Assembly (NCBI GenBank): GCA_030704615.1
Contig: CM060734.1
Span: 39,494,001-39,558,000 of the forward strand
From: Takakia lepidozioides
Lineage: Eukaryota > Plantae > Bryophyta
Direction: 5' to 3'
DNA: 64,000 nucleotides
Below the pieces are notes generated by a model. The model did no database searches and had not been told where the DNA came from. It saw only the letters and a program-made list of their open reading frames with translations. How positions within the stretch are numbered: the first letter of the stretch is position 1; every line of letters starts with the position of its first letter. Of this stretch, positions 1 to 11,914 are shown piece after piece. A program made the translations under genes and the position numbers.

Positions 1-240
1 TTGGCAGTCAACGTTCCTCTTCTTAGCAATATTAACCCTCCTCTTCAAATATTCCAAGCCCACAACATTGTGCGGTATTTTGCCATTTTCTGCACAATCG
101 TGTTGATCTTCCATACACTCAATCATTCTGGGTCGTGGGTATTTTTTATGGCAGAAACACTAATGTCAGTGTGTGATTAACCTGCTCAGGATAACTTTGT
201 CTCTCATCCTTTACATGCAACAGCGGGGAAGAGGAAATGG

Positions 241-945
241 ATGTTGTTAATTTTGAGTGTCAACGGACTCCTCTACTACCAGCCACCCCCAACCAGCGGT
301 GAACTGTTTAAGGAGAAATTTCATTTCAGGAATGTGACACTTCAAGTTCCTGACAGACTGTTTGTGGTGCCTCGGCCTGGAGTCTTGGAGTTTCTGGACC
401 TTGCATTGAAGCATTTTCACGTGGCCATTTGGTCATGTGCTGATAGAGGTGTTCTTTATAGGATGTTGGAGAGCTTCGTCCCCACGAAAATAGCGAAGAA
501 GTTTTGCTTCATATGGTCTGCTGAGGATTGTAAGGATACCACCGGTTATATTAGGCCCGGGATGAAATATCTCGTGAAGGATATTCGAAGTGTTATTGTC
601 AGGTACCCTGGTAGACCATTTGCTACACATGGGCAAATACTTCTTGTAGATGATGAGCCATCAAAAGGCCTGCGAAACCCACAAAATACTGGATTCGGAA
701 AAGACGTTGATATATTCAACGTGGAAAAACCCATAGGATGTCCACCGTATAATGACCCAAAGGTCAATGCCTCTTGCTATGGGATTTGCAGTGGCAGGTT
801 TATCTTAGAAAACAAAAATTTCCTGACGCTTCATTGGAACAGTTTGAAACCAGTGGTGTCCATGGTGTACTCTGATTTTGAATTTGAGGTGTCATATTTT
901 ACTACAAAGGATAAATATAATCTACAATGGCTTGGTTGTATATAG
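241..945 (+). CDS. FCP1/NIF-like HAD-superfamily phosphatase domain ORF (probably truncated or non-catalytic)
   Basis: Motifs LILSVNGLL (where DxDxT/DxNGLL is expected), RPGVLEFL, VAIWSCA, KDI and LLVDDEPSK..NP match the NLI-interacting-factor/CTD-phosphatase fold. Similarity stops after ~NTG (about nt 693). Confidence 0.65.
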   Translation: MLLILSVNGLLYYQPPPTSGELFKEKFHFRNVTLQVPDRLFVVPRPGVLEFLDLALKHFHVAIWSCADRGVLYRMLESFVPTKIAKKFCFIWSAEDCKDTTGYIRPGMKYLVKDIRSVIVRYPGRPFATHGQILLVDDEPSKGLRNPQNTGFGKDVDIFNVEKPIGCPPYNDPKVNASCYGICSGRFILENKNFLTLHWNSLKPVVSMVYSDFEFEVSYFTTKDKYNLQWLGCI

Positions 946-1206
946 ACAAATTGATGTAAATTCTAATTTTTGATATATCAAATTAAAGACTAAAATTTAT
1001 AGTAAAATTTATCTTTGATGTTTGGGATAAGACCCTTTATATGGAATGCAATATCTGCCATTTTTGGTCCAGTCGTTCCTACATTCACCCCGGAGTGCCC
1101 TCAAACTATACACCAGATGGTAAGATGAGGAAATGCCTTGCTATTATTGTATAGTTTGAGGGTTGATTGAGTATTGGTGTGTTAATACCACTCCACTGAC
1201 CTTAGT

Positions 1207-2148
1207 TGACAAGATAACTATGTGATCTACCTTGAGATCCAGTTATCTGCCTCTTATGGTTTGCCAGTTTCCTGCAAGCCCAGAATGTTGTGACTCCATC
1301 TCAGATAAGTCACCATTCTTCCTTCTACGAATGTCGTCAGTCAATAATTTGGCTACAACATCCTGAAGGATTAAATCGAGTTGATTACTCAAGGTCATTG
1401 TCATGGGCTCATATGACTCTAGAAGACTACTTAAGAGCATCTCTACGTTGGACATCTTCATTTGAATATGTGACCCCCACTGACCCTAGTTGTTTTAAAA
1501 GAAGTCTAAATTCATGAATGTGAATTTTAATATCACTCCCTTATCTCAAACTGCAATTTACAGACTGTTTTCTAAGATGACATTTATTCATCATGGATTC
1601 ATGTCATTTGTTTGATAAACTCTTGGTAATGCTACCCAATTCCCACTTGTTGTGAGTGCATAGGTCACATGACCGAGACAAGTATTTTTAACACTATCTA
1701 TTATTAACAATTGTGTTGTCCTATCTCTATCTTCCCAGTTTACTATGGAACTTGCATTAGTCTTTGGTGGATTTGTTACTGTTCCACCAGGTGAGGTACT
1801 TGTGCTAGGTTTGATTTCAGTACCTATGACTAAATCCCACAATTTTTCTTTTTTGAAAAGGTATGACAATCTAATCTTCCAGTTTTAATAGTTAGAACCA
1901 TCTAATTTCTCTATGGTTCTAACTTGATTAGACGAGGAGGATGCCATTGTTGCACTTGTTTAGGATCTACTCATCCTATAGAATTTAAGGATTCTATGTT
2001 TTCTGAAGGCATATATTGTCTATGGTGCAGGAAACTCATAGAATTGTAAACTCAATTTTAAACAAGTAGTCTCGTCCCATCTAATCGCTCTATATTAACC
2101 ATCATAGAGGCCTGATACCATGTAAGAATCTAATCAGTGTGTAAGCAT

Positions 2149-2193
<45 letters not shown>

Positions 2194-2313
2194 GAGATAG
2201 AATAGAAGCGTTGTATTAAAGTCTTTATGTACCTTTACATTTCTTCAGAAGTGTCTCTAGTCTATGAGATATGAAAGGTTACTTTAACTTACTAGTCTAC
2301 AAACCCTTTAACA
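1207..2313 (-). mobile_element. Ty1/copia element A, 5' half: LTR 2121-2313, PBS 2109-2120, degenerate gag (ATG at 1947)
   Basis: TG..CA LTR containing (GA)n; tRNA-iMet PBS reads TGGTATCAGGCC on the minus strand; gag reads MASSSSNQVRTIEKLDGSNY*NWKIRLSYLFKKEKLWDLV...LLSSLLESYEPM. Confidence 0.9.
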
Positions 2314-4604
2314 AACTTGAAAGCTTTCTTGTAACCTTTCTATCCATGACATTAGCATAACATGAGAGCTTGTAATATGGTCAGTTGCAAGTCCTTCAGC
2401 AGGAGTTTGTGTCAGAGGAAAGTGATCTTTGTTCCTAAAGAAGGCCCACGGGTCAGAGGGAACTAGTACGAGAAGAGGGTGAAGGAAAACTTTCCCTCTT
2501 GCAACACTTCCCATTCAAAGTTTTTATGATGTTCACAGGTCGGTGTGAGCTATCCACTTCTTGACTCGTGATCGATCGCCGACATTGACATGATTGACGG
2601 TCTTAGATCATTTTCTTACTCTTTGGATTCCTATCCGGCTTACACCTAGCCTCCATCTAGCTTTCTTAAGTCCACAACCTTTTGAGGGTTGGAGCAAGAG
2701 TCCCGCTGAATAAGTCGACATTATTCAAAGATGAAGTGGAAGTGTTTGTCCTATCAAAAATGTTGAAATGATAGCCGTAGACTGTAACGCCGCAGGGGTG
2801 GAGTTTGGTGAGGCGTCAGCCCCCCTCACTGTGCGGGAGCTAAATAATTACGACATGTCTGACATGTATCAACACTTTGCCCAACCAATCCCCCTCAATC
2901 AGCTTCCTACATCTCTGTGTCTCAGGTGTGAAGGTGATGATCACATGTCATGTGCAATAGTAGCTTAGCACTTTTTGAGTGCAGATGTGAACACAATTCC
3001 GAGTTTCTGACTGACATCAATTCTCTTTCAAATATGCAGATCACTCATCTCAAGTGTGGCGGCTATGTAGTTGGTCATGTCTACTTCCATGGAAGCGGAG
3101 ACGGAATAGTACTGTGGCAGTTTATCAAGTCATCCCAATTTTAGCTCGTGAGCGAAATAATCAAATTGGCATCGGAGTCAGACAACTCAGATTGAACAGA
3201 AAGTCCCCTTTCAAAGGCTTTTATGAAGAGATTACCGAACGTTGTCGGGCAATTTTATTCCAATGAAGGATTCTAGTACCCTGGACTCAGATGGAACAAG
3301 TTTGCACATTTGTTTTGATCTACTGATGCAAAAGAAGCTTAAAAAGAAAAAACATTGGAAGATTCACCAGAAGGGCCTATGTTCAGTGCTTATGTAATGG
3401 TGAGTGCACTGCAAGTCTGGAGGGCCATTCTTTGACCATGATTATCGACCTTCTACTGATGTGATGGTCAACAGCTACTTCGACTCGATTCCCTCGTCGA
3501 ACATCTTGATTTCGGATGGGGCCAACTATGGTACAATAAAAATAATCTTCAAACTACCTCACGATGTTGCCAAGAGACTACAGGACGATCCGGATTTCAT
3601 CTCTTGTGTATCATCTCTCACCAATGTCACACTTAGATAGCGATACCACAAATTCCAACTGCAGGCGCTAGACACAAGGGAATCAACACATGGGATGCAT
3701 ACGAGCCCTGCCCTATTGGGCTGGAACCCCGCAGCTCAGAGTCACACATTTTGAAACAAGTATGACATCACTTGTAATTTCACAAAGTTCAGTCACACAT
3801 TACACCATGATATTATTAATATTTCAATTAATTTTAATGCAAATATATATTAAGTTTAGTCCGGATTTAAGCCAAAAGTCCAGAATTAATTAAAATAGTG
3901 TTAGACCGTCTTCTTTAGCCATTCTCGTGTGGCGATCAAATCATAATCATTTCTTGTTGGCGGATTCAGGTTTTGATACAGTAGAAATCAGCTCACGTTG
4001 GGTGAGAAATGAGAACGTATGGCGACACTACCATTACACATGTGCAATACGACATATTTGGAAATCTGTCAAATCTGTTAGAGATGTGTGAGGTCTGTCC
4101 CCTCTGAGCGCCTTCAGTTGCACTTCTGAATTAACATGAAAGGATAATTTGTTATGTTTTACCGTAGGTTTGGGTTCTATACTGTTTAGCAGATAGAGTT
4201 CAGTGTTGGGCACCAAAAGGGTTGACACAATGTTCTGGTTCTTGAAAAACTGTTAATTCATAACTTGCAGTATTTGCTCCTCTTTTCGGATATTCACAGC
4301 ATTGTCCAAAGCATAATTGACCCGGGATGATGAACGAGAGTTGCACTCCAGTTTTGGTCTCTTGAGAACTTTGGAATTGGTTTCGTTAAGTGTTCCTGCT
4401 ATTATATATGGAAACCGTACCCTGCCCTTACTGCAATTGATGACATCATCAATTGTAGTCATCTTAAACTGTGCCGGTAACGTCCATTTTGGTCTAGTCA
4501 TTCCTGCATTCACCCTCCGCTGACCGAATGCACCAGGTGCAAGATAAACACAATCCGAGTAAACAAGTTTTAGGGGGGGGCCGTTATGCATAACTATTGA
4601 AAAA

Positions 4605-5277
4605 TGACAAGATAACTAGGTGATCGGATCACTTGAGATCCATTTATCTGCCTTTTCTGGTTTGGCTTCCTGCCAGCCCAGAATGTTATGACTCCATCTG
4701 TTGCAAATAAGTCACCATTCTTCCTTCTGCGAATGTCGCCAGTCAATAATTTGGCTGCAACATCCTGAAGGGTTAAACCGAGTTGATTACTCAAGGTCAT
4801 AATCATGGGCTCATATGACTCTGGAAGACAACTTAAGAGCGTTTCTACGTTGTCTTCATCTGAATATATGACCCCCATCGACCCTCGTTGTTCTAAAAGA
4901 AGTCTAAATTCATGAATATGAATTTTAATGTCACTCCCTTATCTCAAACTGTAATTTACATATTGTTTTCTACAGTTATTCATCAAGTCATTTGTTTGAT
5001 AAACTCTTTGTAATGCTACCCAATTCCCACTTGCTGTGAGTGCAGAGATCGCATGATCGAGACAAGTATTTTTAACACTATATATTATTAACAATCGTGT
5101 TGTCCTATCTCTATCTTCCCAGTTTACGTCTATGGAACCTACACCAGTACTCCCCAGTGGATTTGTTATTGTTCCACCGGGTGAGGTACTTGTGCTAGGT
5201 TTGATTTCAGTACCTATGACTAAATCCCACAGTCTAAGTTCTTTTTGAAAATGTATGATATTAATCTAATCTTCCAG
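4605..5277 (-). mobile_element. Second copy of the copia A gag fragment
   Basis: Aligns by eye to 1207-1885 (MGVIYSDEDNVETLLSCLPESYEPMIMTLSNQ) and is truncated at the same left boundary, tgacaagataacta. Confidence 0.88.
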
Positions 5278-6398
5278 GTTTGATAGTTGATGACACACTA
5301 CCTCTTGCTGAGCTTCAGCCCTTTATCCCAAATGAACTTCCGTCTATCACTGGTCTCTCTTTCCTTGCACTCTCTCGTTTCACATTTGGTACCCAACTAC
5401 AACTTACCAGGTGTGGTCGTCGAGTCAAATATAATCCCAAATATCTTCATTTTCACGAGCGTCCATCTAAGTCTAGTCTTATGACAAAACCCTCGTCTTA
5501 CCATGAAGCTCCGACATGCTCAACATTGGCAAGCTACCATTGCTCTGAGTTTCAGTCCTTAATGAAGAGTTACAATACGTAGGCGTTAGCTGATCTCCCA
5601 GCGGGCCGTAAGCCGATGCCTGCAAGTGGATTTTTAAACTCAAGTTGAATCTTGATGGGACGGTTTAGAGCTATAAAGCTCGACTTGTCGCCAAAGGGTA
5701 CTCGCAAGTTGCAGGTCTTGACTACACTGATATTTTTTCTCATGTGGTCAAGATCACATCCATTTGTGTTCTTTTGGCAGTACTGGAGCAATTAACAATT
5801 GGGAGGTTGACCAAATGGATGTCAAAACGACATTCTTACATGGCCACCTCAAAGAGGAGATCTACATGCGTCAACTTGAAGGCTTTGTAAAGGCAAGCCA
5901 TGAACACCAAGTCGGTTGCCTCCTTTGAAGTCTATATGGTCATATACAAACTTCATGTGCGTGGTACAAGAGGATTGACTATGGTGAAGCTGGAATACTG
6001 CAACAATGATGAGAACGTTGCAGACATATTTACTAAATCTCTTACCAAATTCAAGCATGAATATTGTGCTCTTTGACTTGGTCTTATTGCTACTTGTTCT
6101 CTACAGTTGAAGCTGCTCTATATTGGTTTTTTTTACAGCTGATCAACCAAGATTTGTTTTTGTTTCAAGACTGGCCACCTTGTGCGAAGTGCTAGCTTTA
6201 GGTTACATAGTAGAAACTAGAGGGTAGCATTCAGCTTAACTCTAGAACATGACTCACTATCTAAGTGGGAGTGTTAAGGGTATGTAGATTAGTAAGTCAA
6301 GTAGTAAGTAACCTTTCATATCTCATAGACTAGAGACACTTCTGAGGAGATGTAAAGTTACATTCAAAGACTTTAATACAACGCTTCTATTCTGTCTC

Positions 6399-6467
<69 letters not shown>

Positions 6468-6509
6468 ATGCTTTACACACTAAGTCTATAGAATGATTAG
6501 ATTCTAACA
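5278..6509 (+). mobile_element. Ty1/copia element A, 3' half: deleted RT/RNaseH, PPT 6263-6271, 3' LTR 6272-6509
   Basis: RT remnants (KARLVAKGYSQVAGLDY, QMDVKTTFLHG) and RNaseH end (NVADIFTKSL). PPT aagtgggag. The LTR with (CT)n is the reverse complement of 2121-2313. Confidence 0.9.
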
Positions 6510-6890
6510 AAGTTGAAGCTCAGTTGAGATGAAAAAGAAGTTGAATCCAAGCTTCAAGCCCTCAGCCACAGCGGGATCAGGGTCCATACAGTTAACCACT
6601 CCCCAAAATTCAGATCTCATTAAACGCGTTTCCATTCTAATGGACCAAATGGATATAATTAGTGTAACTACTCAAGTGATCAATTTGATACGCCCTTGTT
6701 GTAGGAAAAGAGGGTATAGCAGCTATGGACAATTAAATGTGTTGTTGGACCAGACCTAGCCAATGGCAGAACATTGGCTCTTGCCCTTCTAATCATTAGC
6801 AGCGAATTCCATATAAATTGAGTATATCATGGTCCGAGGTCGCGAGATGTGACCTCTGGTGACCATTTAAGATAAACAATCTCGTAGGTC

Positions 6891-8255
6891 ACCCTCTGAT
6901 ACCATGCTAATTATGTCGACAACCAAGTTGTAGCCCAACTCTGGTAATGGGCACATACCACCTCGGAAGTGGTTGTGGATTCAATCCACCGATTGGTGTC
7001 ACAAAGGGGTCCACCTTCCTACATGAAGGCAGTAGCCCTTTAGGGTGAAGAGACACCATAAGATACGCTTTCTTCAGGAGGCATCATACTTTACTTTACT
7101 TTAATTATGTCATAGGCTCATTGAAACAGTGCAGAAAGAGAGAGTAAATTCTCTACATGTTGATATATGGAAAAATGAGATAGTGAAAGAACATTAAAGG
7201 CACAATAGTGATTCGTCATAACCCTAATCTAGACACAACCGTCTAACTACCACCAATTGAATACATTGTCTAGAATATCATGAACAGGTACAATGTTTGG
7301 TGATGATGAATGAGGTTTGTTAGAGGATGAAATCTCTCCAACACTCCCTCTTCAGCAGCATCCGAAGATTTGTTGTTACTGACCCTCATTCGACATGTTC
7401 TTCAAGACTCCCCCTTCAGCAAGAATCTAATAACTTAAATGATGTTGAGGATAATCCAAGGGCGTGTACACATCATAGATGTTTGTCCTTGGGGAAGAGG
7501 TTTAGTGATGACATCAACGCCCATTAGATCAGTAGGGGTATAAATGAGTTGAATGACTTTAGCCTCAACTTTCTCGCGTAGGAAATCATGATAACATAGC
7601 TCTATGTGCTTAGAGCGATCATGAAATCTAGGATTTTTGGTAGCAACACCAGACGGTGGAAACCCAACTTCTTGAAGAAATTGGCGAAGCCAAAGTAACT
7701 CCTCAGCTGCTGATGCTGCAACAATATATTCGGATTCAGTAGAAGATAACGCGACAGTATATTGCTTGCAGCTTTGCCAAGAGACAAGGCAGCCGTCTAC
7801 ATAACCAAAGGTGGAGCGTCGGGTATTACAGTCTGGCCAACCTTGCAAGAAAGATGGAGATGTTAGAGTGGAGGATACTCCACCATATTTGAGGCCCATT
7901 GTGGCATAACTTGATGATAGTGGAAGACACACTTATAAACAACCGCCCAATGAAGTTGGCATGGGGTTGGACATAAATTGAACCAGATGGCCAACACAGC
8001 TAGTATAGGCTAGATCAGGTTGAGTACAAGTTACAAGATACATCAAATTGCCTATAGTTTGAGAATAAGGAACATATGATATATTTTCTTGCTCCAAAAA
8101 GTGTGCTAGGTAGGCATCATGGCCTTAGATAGGTCATGAGCACCAGCTTGATGAGGAGTGCTAATGGGTCTACAATCGCACATATTGAACTTCTTTAAGA
8201 CGTCAAAGATGTACTTAGCTTGAGACAATGAGAGCTCATGGGTAGCAGGATTCGC
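6891..8255 (-). mobile_element. Ty1/copia family B fragment: RT/RNaseH remnant, PPT, LTR 6905-7343 (SINE-interrupted), PBS 6891-6904
   Basis: RNaseH motifs VALSSTESEYIVA and FHDRSKHIELCYH; PPT (plus-strand ctccctctt) at 7344; TG..CA LTR homologous to 8871-9131; PBS TGGTATCAGAGGG on the minus strand. Confidence 0.88.
6918..7101 (+). mobile_element. tRNA-derived SINE inserted in a copia LTR
   Basis: Degenerate A-box and B-box (ggattcaatcc), (TTTAC)n tail and 10-bp TSD taattatgtc (6908-6917 / 7102-7111). The empty site is visible in the sister LTR near 8880. Confidence 0.85.
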
Positions 8256-8870
8256 CTAGGCAATAGGCAATAGTACCACAAATCCAGCTTCCGTACTGAT
8301 AAAGGGGTTCGAACCATTGTTCCATTACAGTTGGTGCACTCTGACTTGTGTGGGCCTATGCAGATACCTCTATTGGAAGTGTCTGCTATTTCTTGATATT
8401 TGTGGATGATTACTCCACATATACTATATGGTGTATTTTCTTAAAAAGAAATCTGAAGTCTTCTCCAAATTTCAAACATATAAGACCGTGGTGGAGAATC
8501 AAACTGGTCGATATCTTAAAGTCCTTGGTGACGAGTATATCTCCACGGAATTCCACACGTTTTATGCAACACATGGGATCAAATGCCAGTTCGCTATTCC
8601 CTACAACCAAAGTCAGAATGGTGTATCAGAGCGTAAGAATCACACATCGGTGGAGTCTGCTAGGAGCATGTGGTTGCCCAATATTTTTTGGGCTGAAGCT
8701 GTTTGTACAACATGTTACCTTCAAACATCTCCTACACTTTCTCTGTTCCAGGTTGACATCCCTATGAAGTTTGGATAGGTACTACACCTGATATCCACCA
8801 CCTTCGTATCTTTGGTTGTCCTGCCTATGAGTATATTCAGCTAGATGAGACAAGAAAGAAACTTGATCGT
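8256..8870 (+). mobile_element. Ty1/copia integrase fragment
   Basis: LVHSDLCGPM, FVDDYS, YFLKKKSEVF, QNGVSERKN, FWAEAV, HLRIFGCPAY across frameshifts. Confidence 0.9.
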
Positions 8871-9930
8871 TGTGGAAATATGTCATAGGATCATTTAAGC
8901 AATACAAGAGATAGAGTTGAATTCTCTACATGTTGATGTATTAAAATGTGAGAGAGAGAACACTTAAAGTTGGTTCTGCCTAGTGTGAATAGTCATAACC
9001 CTAAGTACAGGCACAACTATCTAACTACCTGCACCAATTGAATACACTTTAGAGTATCATGAATAGGTGCAATGCTTGGTGATGATGAATGAGGAACTTT
9101 ATTAGAGGATGTTGATGAAATCTCTCCAACACTCCATTTCAGCAGCATCCTAAGACTTGTTGTTGCTGACCCTCATTCTCATTCACATTCTTTAAGACTC
9201 CCCCTTCAGCAAGAATCCAAGACCGGAGATGATGGTGAGGATAACCTAAGAACTTCTGTGCATAATAAATGCTTGTCCTTGGGAAGAGCTTTAGTGAGAA
9301 TATCAGCCCACATTTGATCAGTGGAGGTATAAAGGAGCTGAATAACTTTAACCTCAACCTTCTCGCGTAGGAAATGATAGCGTAGCTCGATATGCTTAGA
9401 ACGATCATGAAACCTAGGATTTTTTATTAAGGCGATTATCACAGTACAATGTAGTTGCGCGCCAGATGGTGAAAACCCACTTCCTGAAAGAATTGACGGA
9501 GCCAAAGCAACTCCTTAGCTCCTGATATTGCAACAATATATTCAGACTCAATAGAAGATAACGCGACAATACGTTGCTTGCGGCTTTGCCAAGCGATAAG
9601 GCAGCCGTCTAGCAAAAATACATAACCAGAAGTGGAGCGTCGGGTATCAGGGTCACCAGCCCAGTCAGAATCTGTCCAACCTTGCAAGAAAGATGGAGAG
9701 GTGAGAGTGGAGGATACTCCACCATACTTGAGGCCCATTGTGGGCTTGAAGATATCAGAAGACACGCTTAACAGCCGCCCAATGTAGTTGGCCTGGGTGA
9801 GAGTAAAGAATAGACGTCATAGCTTCTTGCTCCAAAGGTGTGGTTGGCATCATGGCCTTTGATAGGTGTGCACCAGCTCGAAGAGAAGTACTAATAGGTC
9901 TGCAATCGCTCATATTAAACTTCTTTAAGA
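8871..9930 (-). mobile_element. Ty1/copia family B fragment: RT end/RNaseH, PPT, 3' LTR 8871-9131
   Basis: LQGWTDSDWAGDPDTRRSTSGYVF, SKHIELRYHFLRE, QMWADILTKALP; LTR TG..CA. Confidence 0.9.
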
Positions 9931-10951
9931 TTGGTGCCAGATTGGTAAGTGAAGACATTATTTTTACTTTGTAGTAGTGTATTCATTACTACTATTTAGC
10001 ACCTTTCCCACTCATATAATGCCTCTAGGAATGTGGATAGCATGATGTGTTTTTTCTAATCTAGGGTCTGCCTGTAACAAGATTTGGTTGAGCTATTACC
10101 CGTTCACTTATCATTATAATGATTTCAAAATAAGCTGAAAACAGTTACCTTTACTTGGTTCACTACCAAGTAAATCACACTAGGGAAGCTGATGTACATG
10201 ATGTACTTAAATGCACCGAGGTGCATGGCATACTATCCCATGCAGTGGATCCATACTCTTAAGGATGTTCTAAAAATGCAGCTCTATTCACTGCCAAGTA
10301 AATACCCTGCAGCAAAAAAACTTGGCAATGCTAATATCCCGCTCAGCCACATTTCAGCAGAATTTTAAATGTGAGAAACCCAGTTGCATTCCTGAGGGAA
10401 CAGCCATGTGTCGGAAAAATGGACTGGGATTCTTCATCTCCTCAGAACTGGTGATAAATCACAATCAATGTCGCCTACAACAGTGCTCTTGTTCACATTG
10501 GTTTTTAGTCTACACCAACCAACAACCAGGCCTTCTGGAGTAACAGAGCTATGATATGCCTTGGCAAGGAATAAGGCAAAGGAGACTAACATATAAATCT
10601 AACTTTCTCATTATAGACACAGTCATTACATCCATGCATGACCCAACCTCCCGCAGTGGCTCCCAAGGGCATTTATTTGTCTTTCTAGACTTTCTGTACA
10701 ATAGGGAGTAGCAGGAAAGCGTTCTTAGGTCACTACCTCAACTGCGGAAACACACACTTCCACATTTTCATAATCTCTATCAACATCTTGAGCCACTTAA
10801 TTACATACGACAGCTATTCACAAACAACGGCATGCCATTCATGTATGAAAGGCAATGACTTGCAACAATCAGAAAGAAAGGAGCAACAGTAAGGTGCCAT
10901 GCAACTACACCAGCTTCTTCATCTCTATGTAATGCGTCTAGCATGTCAGAT

Positions 10952-11128
10952 CTACTTAGCAGCTGGGTGTCTTGCAATATAGTCAATGACTTGTGGGCAC
11001 GACTTGAGATTGTCAGCTTCATCATCAGGGATCTCCAAAGCAAACTCTTCTTCCAATTCCATCACAAGCTCCACTACGTCTAAACTATCAAGCCGCAAAT
11101 CAGTTTGAAAGTTTGCTGATTCTGTTAC
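10952..11128 (-). CDS. Mitochondrial acyl carrier protein (mtACP/NDUFAB1-like), last exon; putative start MAWYSVRG at ~14917
   Basis: VTESANFQTDLRLDSLDVVELVMELEEEFALEIPDDEADNLKSCPQVIDYIARHPAAK* carries the DSL phosphopantetheine site. AG acceptor at 11130-11129 lies at the usual K|VT junction. The upstream coding exon was not found. Confidence 0.85.
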   Translation of the reverse strand, partial: VTESANFQTDLRLDSLDVVELVMELEEEFALEIPDDEADNLKSCPQVIDYIARHPAAK

Positions 11129-11914
11129 CTGTATCCACATCTCAAGAACAATTATAAGAGGCACAATATACAGTCCCTCAAGTCCCAATTGGTTTTAAGA
11201 GTATGCTGATTTTGTGACATATGCCAACATTCCAGAATAAATGAATCAGGCATATTATAGTCACTTGGACATCAGACTGCTCAAGACTCCCCTAATAGTC
11301 GCGTAGACAAATCCATTCAAGCCCCAACTTGCTTGAAAGTTTGTTGATTTTTTGAGCTACATCGACATTCAAGGACAGATGTGTCAAGGGAAATATTTAG
11401 TCACCCAGACATCAAACAACTCAAGAGTCCTCCAACAATCCTTAAGTCCTACACCACCGTAAAGATAAGGACTGGGGGGACATTATAGATCTGGAGTCAA
11501 TTCTACACTGACAGATGGACATGAAACTTTAAAGGTGCTACATTTCTAGACGGTATGTAGCCCTTCACTCCCTGAGGCTAAATCCATATTCTCGTTGTTT
11601 GCAAACATGGGACTTCCATTAGGGAGTGATTATACCATCTAGACTGACATTCAGACTTATGATTATTACTTCTGACATATGGCATGGATGATCAAATAAA
11701 GGCAAAGCCATAATGCTGTAAAGAAGCTCTCTCCTTCCATAACATTTCAAACAAGAGTATATAGACTGAACTTGCCAAGGCAAAGTGACCATCGCAGCAG
11801 CTAAGTGGCAGGGAGAGAGAGTAGGAGGGCGTTGCACATGAGAGTCCCCAAATCGATGAAGGTATCCTCCAGGTGCTTTTACCCCTATGAAATACATGGG
11901 GATAAGATCCCAGC

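Noticed and set aside
1098-1190. ssDNA-virus origin stem-loop
   Set aside because: No TAATATTAC/TAGTATTAC nonamer at a hairpin apex and no Rep motifs nearby.
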